DNA from: Chloroflexota bacterium | GTDB lineage: Bacteria > Chloroflexota > Dehalococcoidia > JACVQG01 | DNA length: 64,000 bases | NCBI GenBank assembly: GCA_016210545.1 | Contig: JACQTY010000103.1 | Coordinates: 194-64,193, forward strand | Direction: 5' to 3' | Part shown: piece after piece, positions 20,844 through 30,032 of the stretch | How positions within the stretch are numbered: position 1 is the first letter of the stretch | Layout of the letters: each line of letters begins with the position of its first letter | Notes under the pieces: model-generated | Seen by the model: the letters and a program-made list of their open reading frames with translations, nothing else | The model's database searches: none | Told to the model about the DNA's origin: nothing | Position numbers and translations under genes: made by a program

Positions 20844-22806
20844 GAAGATTCTTTTTGTAGCTCCGCGCTGGCAGCCATTCAGTAGCCTCAAACCTCATCT
20901 ATTGAAGCTGGCAAAGAGTGGGGACGAGGTGATTGTGCTCACCAAGGTTCCCTTGCCAGATGGCGACGTCAATCGCCTGATGCAACTTGGCTGTAGCTCG
21001 GTGCGGCCCTTGGACAGCTACCTGAGCCACAAAGAGATAGATGAAATCCGCTCTGAAGTCGTGAGACTGATAGAGGGGCTGCCGCAAGCCTCTCCGGATT
21101 TTGCCCGGGCTGTGGACTACAAGGGGATATCCCTGTGGCAACTCGCCGAAATGGCAACCTTCTACCCGGTTTTCGATGTTGTTCGCTGTTTACAGGCGAT
21201 GAGCCGTGCCCTGGAGCAAGAAAAGCCCGACGAAATTTGGGCATGGCAGGACCGGGGGCCCAATCTTTTCTGGCACGACGTCCCCTGGCGCTCGTTAGGA
21301 GCATTTGCTGAGTACTGGCTGCACTCCCGTGTTATAGATTATAATCAGCTAATTGCACAGTTGGCTGCCTCCGCCGGGGTGAAGTTCCGTCCACTTCTGT
21401 TGCCAGCATGGTTCAGAGGAATTGCTCCTTTAGCCGGAAGGATGGTCGGCTTTGCCTACAGGCTTTACCTGGAGCATCAAGAACGCAGAAACTCCAAGCG
21501 TTCGAACCGATCAACAAGGCCGCCAAATCCGGGAGTGGAGAACGGGGTCATGATAATGTCCGGCGGCGTCAGCACCGACTACGTCGCCATCCCCATCGCC
21601 CAGGCTATCGAGAACGAGACGGGCACCAGGGCTTTTGTAGCCCGGCTGGCCAGACATGTGAGGACCGAGGAGTGCGAGTTGCTGGACCAGGAAGGAGTCC
21701 ACTATATATTCTGCCAGGAATTCGCTACCGAAGATGTTTTCTCGGCAGCGAGGAAAGACAGGAGTAGACTGGTAAGCAGTTGGCGGGAAATTCAAAGGCT
21801 ACCGGAAATCGGCCAGTATCTGAAGTGGGGTGGTATCTCCTTGTGGGCAGTTCTTCGCGGTGACGTGGAATTGATGCGCCATGGCTACTTGCCTGTTGTA
21901 ATGAAAAATATTGAGATATTCTGTCGGATTGTAGACCAGACTAAGCCTGGGGCTTTAGTGATCACGAATTTCTATTCACCTGAGGAGCGAGCGGCAATTT
22001 GTATTGCCCACAAGAGGAATATACGTACTCTAGCTGTGCCATATTTCCCATTGGCAGAAGGGTCTCCGCCTATCAATATGATGATAGACACGATTGCGCT
22101 TTGGGGTGATGATATGAAGGAATTCCTCATACGGAGGACAATACCATTGCCCCACCACATGGTGATCACAGGCAATCCAGCCTTCGAATATAGGTGCCGA
22201 AAAGCCGGAATAGAGTTACCATACAAAGCTGCGGGTGTTTGGGGCCCGGAAGTAAAACAAAAGAGGGTGCTTTTCATTTCTCAGTCAGCCCAACAAGACT
22301 ACACGGAGGAGAAAAGGCGTTTACATTTGGAATGCGTATATAGCGCCGCAGGCTGTCTACCAGACATCTTGTTTGTGGTGAAGCTGCATCCCATGGAAAG
22401 CATCAACATGCACCTGAAGTTGATAAAATCAATGAAGCTAATAAATGTGGTCATTGAACAGAACGCCGACCTGTATCAGACAATCCTGGCCAGCGACCTG
22501 GTGGTAACCTTTTCCTCTACCGCGGGGTTCGAGGCCATGCTGCTGGACAAGCCGATAATAGCCATAAACTTGGTGGGGGAGCCTATTGGTAGAATACCCT
22601 ATCTGCGAGATGGCGCAGCCTACGGGGTTTACGAGAGGGAGCGGTTGCCACAGGCCATCGAATGGGTATTGACTGACCCGGACATAAGACGGCAACTGTC
22701 TCTCAAGCGCCAACAGTCTTTGCGCCGCTACCTCTACCAGTGCGATGGCCAGTCCGCAAACCGTATCGCCGCAGAGATATTTGATATGGTCGGAGAAACA
22801 CGGTGA
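20830..22806 (+). CDS. GT-B fold glycosyl/glycerophosphotransferase-like enzyme (TagF/KpsS-like)
   Basis: C-terminal LHPME...ADLYQTILASDLVVTFSSTAGFEAMLLDKPIIAIN resembles the CDP-glycerol glycerophosphotransferase / capsule-synthesis C-terminal signature. The N-terminal half is a second Rossmann-like domain. Confidence 0.5.
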   Translation: MSGDRKILFVAPRWQPFSSLKPHLLKLAKSGDEVIVLTKVPLPDGDVNRLMQLGCSSVRPLDSYLSHKEIDEIRSEVVRLIEGLPQASPDFARAVDYKGISLWQLAEMATFYPVFDVVRCLQAMSRALEQEKPDEIWAWQDRGPNLFWHDVPWRSLGAFAEYWLHSRVIDYNQLIAQLAASAGVKFRPLLLPAWFRGIAPLAGRMVGFAYRLYLEHQERRNSKRSNRSTRPPNPGVENGVMIMSGGVSTDYVAIPIAQAIENETGTRAFVARLARHVRTEECELLDQEGVHYIFCQEFATEDVFSAARKDRSRLVSSWREIQRLPEIGQYLKWGGISLWAVLRGDVELMRHGYLPVVMKNIEIFCRIVDQTKPGALVITNFYSPEERAAICIAHKRNIRTLAVPYFPLAEGSPPINMMIDTIALWGDDMKEFLIRRTIPLPHHMVITGNPAFEYRCRKAGIELPYKAAGVWGPEVKQKRVLFISQSAQQDYTEEKRRLHLECVYSAAGCLPDILFVVKLHPMESINMHLKLIKSMKLINVVIEQNADLYQTILASDLVVTFSSTAGFEAMLLDKPIIAINLVGEPIGRIPYLRDGAAYGVYERERLPQAIEWVLTDPDIRRQLSLKRQQSLRRYLYQCDGQSANRIAAEIFDMVGETR

Positions 22807-24611
22807 AAGGAACAGAACACATTGGGGGCATAGCGGCCACTCTGGCCTTCTTGTTCCTGGCTGGTTTTGTACTGTTGGTCACCCCGCAGCCACCTCTGGG
22901 CTACGAGCTGAACATCTATGCCCACATACCCGTGATCGCCTGGGTATTCTTCGGCTTCAGCCTGCTGGGGGCCGTGCTGCTGATACTCAAGGCTGTTTTC
23001 TTGGATAAAGAAGATTGGCGGCGGTCAGGTATCCTGGGTTTCCTACTCCTGTATCTCAGCATGATTTCCCTGGTTATGCTCCCCGTATTTAGAGGCTATC
23101 TCAATTATGGGCGGGGAGATGGCCTGGCCCACCTTGGCTTCGTTCAGGATACCCTGCGGTCAGGGAACTTTTTAACAGACGACATCTACCCCGCTAGAGA
23201 GCTGATAGTCGCCAACTTATCCCTATTTTCGGCAATATCGCCGATGTTCCTCGAGTTAACGATCCCCGGTATAGCCCCAATGCTCGGCCTGCCCTTTTTC
23301 TATCTGCTGGCACGGGTGACCCTGGGCTCGTCCCGGCAGGCCCTGCTGGGCATGCTCATATTGAGCACCACCACGCTCGGCATAACGAACTCCCGGTTCG
23401 CCCCCCAGGACCTGGGCAATTTAATTACCGTGTTTTTCCTATTTTTGTACCTCCGTTTCCGGTGGGAGTCCTCCGCCGGTGGACGGGCGCTTCTGGTACT
23501 CATGGGCCTGTGCTTGCCCATTATCCACCCATTTACTGCCACCATAATAATCCTGTGTCTGGTTGTCATGGAGATTGTTTTGGCCGTAGTAAGGTACAGG
23601 CCGCAGCCTTCGTACATAGTATCACCCCCCTTGTCCAGCATTTCCCTGGGACTAGCTATCATGATTACGGTTGTATACGTGTTGTGGAGCATGTATCACA
23701 CCTATCTCCTGGGAACGCTCAGCAGTACTATAGAATATATGCTGGGCAAAGGTATCCCGCAATCCCTCTTTGAGGAATACTTTATCCAACTTGCAAAATA
23801 CAAGGTCAATCTGTACTCCATTGTTGCGAAGATGTATGGCCACACCATATACTATGGCATCATCGCACTGGTTGGCGCAATCATCTTCGTCCGCCGGTTT
23901 TCAACCAAGGATTCTGGGGGCAGAAACAAACTGATGCTCTTGGCCTTCGCTGTGGTCCCTTTCTCAATAACTATCTTGCAGACCTTCTCCGAGATATGGC
24001 GTGTGCACCCGGGGCGCGCCGCCGTGCTGGTGGAAGTAGCCTTTCCGGTGTTCGCAGCAGTGGCGTTAATGCGCATCTTTAAGAACAGGCTCCGGTTACC
24101 CCTTACTGGAAAGAGGATTGCGCCTTTCAGTATCCTGGCGATAGCTCTGCTGGCGCCCATGGCCAGCGTGGTTATGTTCGATGCCCACCTTACCCCGCTC
24201 CGGCAGTGGCCCGGAGAGCAGGTTACACGACAGGAGTACAGGGGACTGGGGTGGTTCTTCGCTCAAAAGGACGAGTCGCTAGGAATCAAGGAAATAGGCA
24301 TCCGGCATTTCCGGTTTGCCTCACTGTATCCGAAAGCAGTAGCCTCCGGGTGGTACGGCTCTCCCGAACTTGAAGTGAAAGACCATTTTGGATATAATTT
24401 CTATGTGCAGATGGGTGAGGCACTCGAGCGAGACTCCTATGTGCTCACCTCAGAGTATGACTGGCAGGTTCAAACGGTACTGTTCGCGTACCTGGACAGG
24501 TTCTCCGCTGGAGATTTCCGCAAACTGGACGATGACCCGTCCGTGTCGAAGCTTTACACGGCCACCCGTGAGATGGAAGTACGCTACGTTAGGGCTCTGG
24601 CGAGGTATTAG
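22803..24611 (+). CDS. large polytopic membrane protein, candidate glycan polymerase/GT-C-type transferase
   Basis: 602 aa, about 12-14 TM helices followed by a roughly 150-aa soluble C-terminal domain. Start overlaps the upstream stop (GTGA). Confidence 0.4.
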   Translation: MKGTEHIGGIAATLAFLFLAGFVLLVTPQPPLGYELNIYAHIPVIAWVFFGFSLLGAVLLILKAVFLDKEDWRRSGILGFLLLYLSMISLVMLPVFRGYLNYGRGDGLAHLGFVQDTLRSGNFLTDDIYPARELIVANLSLFSAISPMFLELTIPGIAPMLGLPFFYLLARVTLGSSRQALLGMLILSTTTLGITNSRFAPQDLGNLITVFFLFLYLRFRWESSAGGRALLVLMGLCLPIIHPFTATIIILCLVVMEIVLAVVRYRPQPSYIVSPPLSSISLGLAIMITVVYVLWSMYHTYLLGTLSSTIEYMLGKGIPQSLFEEYFIQLAKYKVNLYSIVAKMYGHTIYYGIIALVGAIIFVRRFSTKDSGGRNKLMLLAFAVVPFSITILQTFSEIWRVHPGRAAVLVEVAFPVFAAVALMRIFKNRLRLPLTGKRIAPFSILAIALLAPMASVVMFDAHLTPLRQWPGEQVTRQEYRGLGWFFAQKDESLGIKEIGIRHFRFASLYPKAVASGWYGSPELEVKDHFGYNFYVQMGEALERDSYVLTSEYDWQVQTVLFAYLDRFSAGDFRKLDDDPSVSKLYTATREMEVRYVRALARY

Positions 24612-24617
24612 ACCCAG

Positions 24618-25796
24618 TTGAAAATCTTCATGGCCTGCGACCACCCGCTGCCGCCGGAGCTTTACGGAGGTATCCAGTACTATGTTCTGAAACTGGCGGA
24701 GGCCATGCAGCGGTCAGGCCACGAGCTGGAGGTATTCTCTCCAGTAAGGGACCCGTCGCGTTATCCGTTTCGCGTCAATGCTGTCAGACGTTATGGCATC
24801 CTGTTCGCTGAAGGCTCTTTGGCTGCTCTCAAGACATACCCCTTGGGCTACTTCAGGATGTTGCATAGCCTCCGAGGCAGCCTAAGCAACGGCAGCCGAT
24901 GCGATATTCTTCATGCCCACAATCCATTCATCTCCGGCAATGCCGGACGTCAGGTAATAAAAGAGACGGGGATACCGGCTGTCCTCACCTACTATGGCTG
25001 GGATACTGCAGAGAACCACCTGCAGCACAAGGGCCTTACGTGGACGGAAAGGCTGGCCCGCCTGAGTCTCAAGGGATACCGCAAGATTGTAGTCTACAAT
25101 GCGTTGACAAAGGTAGCCCTGCAGGAGCGGTTTGGGCTGATCCCGGGCGAAATCGAGGTGTTGCCGCTAGCCGTGGACACCGATTTCTTTCGGCCAGGTG
25201 TTTCTGGCGAGTGGGTGAGAGAAAAGTACGACATACCGCGTGACAGGCCGCTGGTACTGTTTCTGGGCAGCGTGGGGAAGCAGAAGGGCGTCCACGTGCT
25301 GATAGCCGCAGTAAAGGAGGCTCTGCAGAAAACCGACCTGTATCTCATGGTTGCTGGCAACGGGCCTTTTCTGGAGACTGCGAAAGAGATGTCCAGGACG
25401 ATGGGACTCGATAATCGTGTAACCTTCACTGGCGGCGTGCCCGAGGAAGACCTGCCCGCCTTTTTAAATGCCTGTGACATTTTTGTGAACCCCAGCCTCG
25501 ACGATTGCTACAGCCTTGTGGTACTGGAGGCCAGCGCCTGTGGCAAAGCGGTCATCGGCACCGACCACCCGATCATGGTTGAGGAGTACGCCGGACACGG
25601 CAATAGCGGCCATATCCTTCTCTGCCCCAGGGGCGACCACCGGAAGCTTTCCGGGGCGATATTACATCTGGTTGATAATCCCGATCTGAGACAGAACATG
25701 GGAAGAAAAGCAAGGGAAAAAGTAGAATCGAGGCACACGTTGACCAAGTATTGCGATAGCTTGTTGCAGATTTATGAAAAGGCTATAGGTAATTAG
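24618..25796 (+). CDS. glycosyltransferase family 4 (GT-B, retaining)
   Basis: EX7E-type motif region ...FVNPSLDDCYSLVVLEASACGKAVIGT... and N-terminal GGIQYYVLKLA. Confidence 0.8.
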   Translation: MKIFMACDHPLPPELYGGIQYYVLKLAEAMQRSGHELEVFSPVRDPSRYPFRVNAVRRYGILFAEGSLAALKTYPLGYFRMLHSLRGSLSNGSRCDILHAHNPFISGNAGRQVIKETGIPAVLTYYGWDTAENHLQHKGLTWTERLARLSLKGYRKIVVYNALTKVALQERFGLIPGEIEVLPLAVDTDFFRPGVSGEWVREKYDIPRDRPLVLFLGSVGKQKGVHVLIAAVKEALQKTDLYLMVAGNGPFLETAKEMSRTMGLDNRVTFTGGVPEEDLPAFLNACDIFVNPSLDDCYSLVVLEASACGKAVIGTDHPIMVEEYAGHGNSGHILLCPRGDHRKLSGAILHLVDNPDLRQNMGRKAREKVESRHTLTKYCDSLLQIYEKAIGN

Positions 25797-25798
25797 GC

Positions 25799-27232
25799 AT
25801 GAAGGTCCTTCTAATCAATCCCAACTACGTCACCCAGGTGTATGGAGAGGAGACTCTGGACTACTTGGTAGCGCCCCTCGGGCTGGCCTACGTAGCGGCA
25901 GTTCTCAAGCGAGACGGTGTGGACGTGAGCTTGCTAGAGGCTAATGCCCTCGGCCTGGGCATGGACGACATAGAAAAAGAGATCAAACGCCAGAAGCCGG
26001 ACCTGGTTGGCATTACGGGGACTACGCCCCTTATTGCCCGGGTAGAGGAAATCGCCCGGCGAGCCAAGTCGGCAGACAAGGGCATCAAAGTGGTGGTGGG
26101 CGGTCCCCACGCTACCATTCTTCCCCAGGAGGTGTTGAAAAGCCAGAACATCGACTTCTGTGTGCGCGGGGAAGGTGAAATCACTGCCCTCGAGCTTGTG
26201 AAGGCATTGGAAAAGGGCGGCGACTTTGGCGCCATTCTGGGGCTGGGATTCAAGAGCAACGGGCAGATCCACCTGAATGACAGCCGCCCGCTCATCAAAG
26301 AACTGGACAGTCTCCCATTCCCGGCCAGGGAGTTGCTCCCGATGGAAAAGTATATTTTCCCTCTTCCTACGGGTGCAGTGGCGCGGTTCACCAACCTCAT
26401 CTCAAGCCGGGGTTGCCCGTACCTTTGCACTTTCTGTGGGCAGCACAATATCTGGACGCGCCTGGTGAGGTTCAGAAGCCCGAAGAATGTTGTCGATGAG
26501 ATACAGGCAGTCAAAGACAAATACGGCGTCGCCTTTGTGGGTTTCACCGATAGCAACTTCCCGCTGAACCGCAAGATAACCATGGACATCTGTGACGAGA
26601 TGGCGGCGCGTGGGATCAAGATAAAGTGGGCCTGTGGCTCACGGGTGGACCTGGTAGACCAGGAATTGCTGAGAAAGATGCACAAGGCTGGATGTCAGCA
26701 GATCAACTTCGGCGTGGAGTCGGGAAACGCCGAGATCCTGAAGGGTTACAAGAAGGGCATCACCATTGACCAGGCCAAGACTGCCATAAAGCAGGCGAAG
26801 AAGGCCGGACTCAAGGTGTATACCTACTTCATGGTGGGGGGGCCGGGCGAAACCAGGGAGACGGCGGAGGAGACGATCAAGTTGGCCTAGAAACTCGACC
26901 CCGACTACGCCCAGTTCTCCGTTGCCACGCCATTTCCGGGGACGGAGCTATTTGAGATGGCCAACGCTGGGGGCGCGCTGGGGAGCTACGATTGGACTCA
27001 GTTCCTGACCTATCAGGCGCCCCTATTCGCTACGAAGAACCTTTCCGCAGCGGAGCTCGAGGAACTCAAGGCCAGAGCGTTCCGCAGCTTCTACCTCCGG
27101 CCGTCTCTGATGTTGAAGAAGGCACTGCAAATCAGGTCTTTGTCCGATATCAAGATTCTGGCCAAGGGGTTCCGTTTTGCTTTGAAGCTGGGTAAGGGGA
27201 AGGCAGCAGCGGCCGCGGCCAAAACATCCTAG
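25799..27232 (+). pseudogene. B12-binding radical SAM protein, paralog 2, interrupted by an in-frame TAG at 26888-26890
   Basis: GGPHAT and GCPYLCTFC motifs. The reading frame continues unbroken after the TAG as KLDPDYAQFSVATPFPGTELFEM..., which aligns to the paralogs (ELDPFAINLSIATPYPGTEL, VSPLWPMYSIVTPYPGTEL). The TAG sits where paralogs have Lys or Tyr (AAG/TAY), one substitution away. Intact length would be 477 aa. Confidence 0.65.
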
Positions 27233-27234
27233 TA

Positions 27235-27292
27235 GCATGTAACATTTACTTTTGATACTGGTGGCACAGGCGTCTCTGCCTGTGCAATGGCG
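27235..27292 (+). ncRNA. copy 1 of a conserved ~35-nt motif plus GC hairpin (unknown RNA/regulatory element)
   Basis: AGTAGCATGTAACATTTACTTTTGATACTGGTGGCAC followed by the hairpin GCACAGGC-gtctct-GCCTGTGC. Second copy at 58985-59043 has the same motif and a different but structurally equivalent hairpin. Confidence 0.4.
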
Positions 27293-28204
27293 AAAAATGC
27301 CCTGTTACAGCGTACTAGCAAGACGTCCGTCGGCTCAAGGCAAACTGCTGGAAGGAGTTGCACCCAAATAGAGAACAGCGATTCCAAAGGCGCCAGAAGA
27401 TTCGAGTTGGCCCAAGTCTGGGAGAAGGATTTCTGGGCAAACGTGTGGACGGACGACCGGGCCAGGCAGACCAAGGCCAGGTCATACTGGGAACACTACA
27501 TAGCCGTCCTCAAGGAGTACGCGCGTCTGAAGACGGACGACAGGGTGCTGGATGTGGGCTGCGGTCCCTTCGGCATGATCAGCTATCTCGCCCAGGGGCA
27601 GAGGTTTGGCCTGGACTCCTTGATGCACTTCTATCTGGCCAGTTTCGATATGGAGAAGGAGGTGACCTGGGCGAGCGGCGGCGCAGAGAGTTTGCCTTTT
27701 GATGACGCATTCTTCGATGTGGTTATATGTACAAACACTATAGACCATACACGGGTGCCACAAAGGGCGCTGGCCGAAATGAACAGGGTACTCAAGAGTG
27801 ACGGGGTTCTCTTCTTGACCGTGCATATCTACTCCCGGCGTGTGAGAACCGTCAAGGCGTTTCTGGAGAGAGTAGGTTGGGGAGACCCTCCACATCCCTA
27901 TTCGTTTAATGTCCCAGACGTAAAGCGCCTGTTAAGTGAGTCGGGCTTCAAGCTGACTGGCTTGAGACACGGCATCGGCAATCTGGATTTCTGGGTTGGG
28001 GGCGAGAAGACCGGAGACCCAAAAACTTTTGTCTCCAGGACCAGGGACTACGGCAACAGGGCCGTGGCAATTGGGAGAAGTAAGGGCGCCCGGGTACTGT
28101 TCAAAACACTGGTGAGGTTTGCCCTGCTCTTTTTGCTGATGGATACGCAGAGGTCAGCCGATACAATATTCCTGGCCAGGAAGAAAGCTAGCGCCTCCGT
28201 TTGA
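27287..28204 (+). CDS. class I SAM-dependent methyltransferase
   Basis: Motif I VLDVGCGPFG, an acidic motif II and motif III VLKSDGVLFLTVH. Confidence 0.75.
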   Translation: MAKNALLQRTSKTSVGSRQTAGRSCTQIENSDSKGARRFELAQVWEKDFWANVWTDDRARQTKARSYWEHYIAVLKEYARLKTDDRVLDVGCGPFGMISYLAQGQRFGLDSLMHFYLASFDMEKEVTWASGGAESLPFDDAFFDVVICTNTIDHTRVPQRALAEMNRVLKSDGVLFLTVHIYSRRVRTVKAFLERVGWGDPPHPYSFNVPDVKRLLSESGFKLTGLRHGIGNLDFWVGGEKTGDPKTFVSRTRDYGNRAVAIGRSKGARVLFKTLVRFALLFLLMDTQRSADTIFLARKKASASV

Positions 28205-28253
28205 TGTTGACGCTGGATTAATGACTCCATCATATTATTGCAGTCGAAAACCC

Positions 28254-28390
28254 CAGTTTCGATTCACTTTGTGAATCGAAACTGCCCCCTTTACGTAAAG
28301 GGGGTCCGAAGATGTCCCGATAGTTCGGGACTCATCAGGACTCTCCGATACAGTATGGCTACCTATCGGAGTCCGAGCGGAGTTCGGACC
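28254..28390 (+). other. array of consecutive perfect hairpins / multibranched structured element in the gmd leader
   Basis: Hairpin 1 is CAGTTTCGATTCAC-ttt-GTGAATCGAAACTG (14 bp, 28254-28284). Next is the 20-nt palindrome CCCCCTTTACGTAAAGGGGG (28285-28304). An outer stem GGTCCGAA (28303-28310) / TTCGGACC (28383-28390) encloses GTCCCGA-tagt-TCGGGAC (28314-28331) and CTCCGATA-N13-TATCGGAG (28343-28371). Confidence 0.5.
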
Positions 28391-28559
28391 GTAAAGGTGA
28401 AGCACTTTCGGAGGGGCTTTCTCCATAGCACCTGCACGCAAATGAACAAGACGTAACGGACTTATATAACAAGTTGACACTGGACACCGAACCGGACAAA
28501 GGGTGGTGTACCTGCGGTTTCCTGGCCTTTCTGAATGTTTCACACGAGAGGACAGTTCC

Positions 28560-29612
28560 TTGAAATCAGCTTTGATAACAGGCGTAACAGGACAGGACGG
28601 CGCCTACCTGGCAAAGTTCTTGCTGGAGAAAGGTTACACCGTATACGGCACGTATCGCCGGCTGTCCACGCCCAATTTCTGGCGGCTGCAGTATCTGGAT
28701 ATTTTCGACCAGGTTAACCTGGCGCCGGCTGACCTGCTGGACTCATCCTCCATCGGAGAGGCCATTCGTGTATCTCAGCCGGATGAGATCTACCATCTGG
28801 CAGCGCAGAGCTTTGTGGGGGCCTCTTTTGAACAGCCGGTGGGGGCAGGTGAGATCACCGGGCTGGGAGTAACCCGTGTCCTGGAAGCAGTGCGCACCCT
28901 CAAGCCCGATGCGCGTGTCTACCAGGCATCTACCAGCGAGCTATTCGGCAATAGTCATACGGCCTGTCAGAATGAAGCCTCCGTTTTCGCCCCGTCCAGC
29001 CCGTACGCCGCCGCGAAGCTGTATGGCTACTGGTTGACCCGCATCTACAGGGAAGGCTACGGCCTGTTTGCCTGCAACGGCATTCTGTTTAACCATGAGT
29101 CCCCGCTGCGGGGCCTCGAGTTTGTTACGCGCAAGGTAACCAACGCGGTGGCCCAGATCGCTCTCGGCCTGAGCCAGAAGCTGGTGCTGGGCAACCTCGA
29201 TGCAAGAAGGGACTGGGGGTATGCCCCGGAGTACGTGGAGTCCATGTGGCTTATTCTCCAGAAAGACAAGCCGGACGACTACGTGATAGCAACCGGGGAG
29301 GCCCATTCAGTGAGAGAGATGGTTGCCGAGGCGTTCCAGAGAGTGGACATGGACTGGGAGAAGTATGTTGAGGTGGACAAGAGGTTCGTGAGGCCATTAG
29401 ACGTGGATTTACTTTGCGGCGATGCCTCCAAGTCAAAAAAGGAACTGGGCTGGCAGCCGCGGGTCAAGTTCAACAAGCTGGTTGACATAATGGTTGAGGC
29501 GGACCTGAAACGCTGGGAGCGCTGGCAAAAAGGCGAGCACTTTCCCTGGGATGCCCCGAACTACCCCAACGAGAATAAGATACTGTCCCGCCAGTTTAAG
29601 CTGGATAGATAG
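28560..29612 (+). CDS. gmd: GDP-mannose 4,6-dehydratase
   Basis: Probable TTG start with GAGAGGA SD, giving MKSALITGVTGQDGAYLAKFLLEKGY. Also YAAAKLY and LFNHESPLRG. The longer ORF from 28503 is probably a 5' extension. Confidence 0.88.
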   Translation: MKSALITGVTGQDGAYLAKFLLEKGYTVYGTYRRLSTPNFWRLQYLDIFDQVNLAPADLLDSSSIGEAIRVSQPDEIYHLAAQSFVGASFEQPVGAGEITGLGVTRVLEAVRTLKPDARVYQASTSELFGNSHTACQNEASVFAPSSPYAAAKLYGYWLTRIYREGYGLFACNGILFNHESPLRGLEFVTRKVTNAVAQIALGLSQKLVLGNLDARRDWGYAPEYVESMWLILQKDKPDDYVIATGEAHSVREMVAEAFQRVDMDWEKYVEVDKRFVRPLDVDLLCGDASKSKKELGWQPRVKFNKLVDIMVEADLKRWERWQKGEHFPWDAPNYPNENKILSRQFKLDR

Positions 29613-29615
29613 GCC

Positions 29616-30032
29616 ATGCTAGAGACTATCGAAGCTCGCGGCCAGGTGTTTGCTCTCGTGATACGTTGCGGCCATAGGAGCCAGGGCGTTGAGTTTTACT
29701 CTCGACCCGAATACGCTTTGCAACTGGGCCTGTTGCAGCACCCCAAAGATGCGGAGATAAAGCCGCACATACACCATTCAGCTACCAGATCCATCAGTGA
29801 GGTGCAGGAGGTGCTGCACATCGAGCGAGGACGAATAGAGGCCGAATTCTTCACGTCCTCCGGCGAACCGGTCGCTTCATGCTTGCTCAACGAGGGAGAT
29901 ACGATACTGCTGGTGAGCGGCGGCCATGGCTTCCGCGTCCTGGACGAGGCCACGATCCTGGAGATCAAGCAAGGCCCGTACGAGGGCAGAGACACGGACA
30001 AGGAGCCCCTCAAGGTGAAAAACGGTGGCTGA
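29616..30032 (+). CDS. cupin-fold sugar nucleotide ketoisomerase/epimerase-like protein (WxcM/FdtA-like)
   Basis: 138-aa single cupin barrel (HIHH...E...GGHGFRV) between gmd and a DegT aminotransferase, the typical position of 3,4-ketoisomerases/epimerases. Confidence 0.5.
   Translation: MLETIEARGQVFALVIRCGHRSQGVEFYSRPEYALQLGLLQHPKDAEIKPHIHHSATRSISEVQEVLHIERGRIEAEFFTSSGEPVASCLLNEGDTILLVSGGHGFRVLDEATILEIKQGPYEGRDTDKEPLKVKNGG

Noticed and set aside
26888-26890. The in-frame TAG in radical SAM paralog 2 read as pyrrolysine or a reassigned amber codon
   Set aside because: groEL (13980-13982) and other genes in the window terminate on TAG, no pyl genes are visible, and this is a single occurrence. 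A point mutation or sequencing error is far more likely, so it is kept only as a low-probability alternative.
27258-27292. TGGCAC in the repeated motif read as a sigma54 -24 element
   Set aside because: The required -12 TTGC(A/T) at the correct spacing is absent in copy 1 and off by one in copy 2. The conserved portion extends 25 nt upstream of TGGCAC, which a sigma54 promoter would not explain.
28303-28390. The four-stem structure read as a tRNA or tRNA-like element
   Set aside because: Stem lengths and loop sizes (4-nt and 13-nt loops) do not fit D/anticodon/T arms, and there is no GTTC-type T-loop and no CCA-proximal acceptor pairing.
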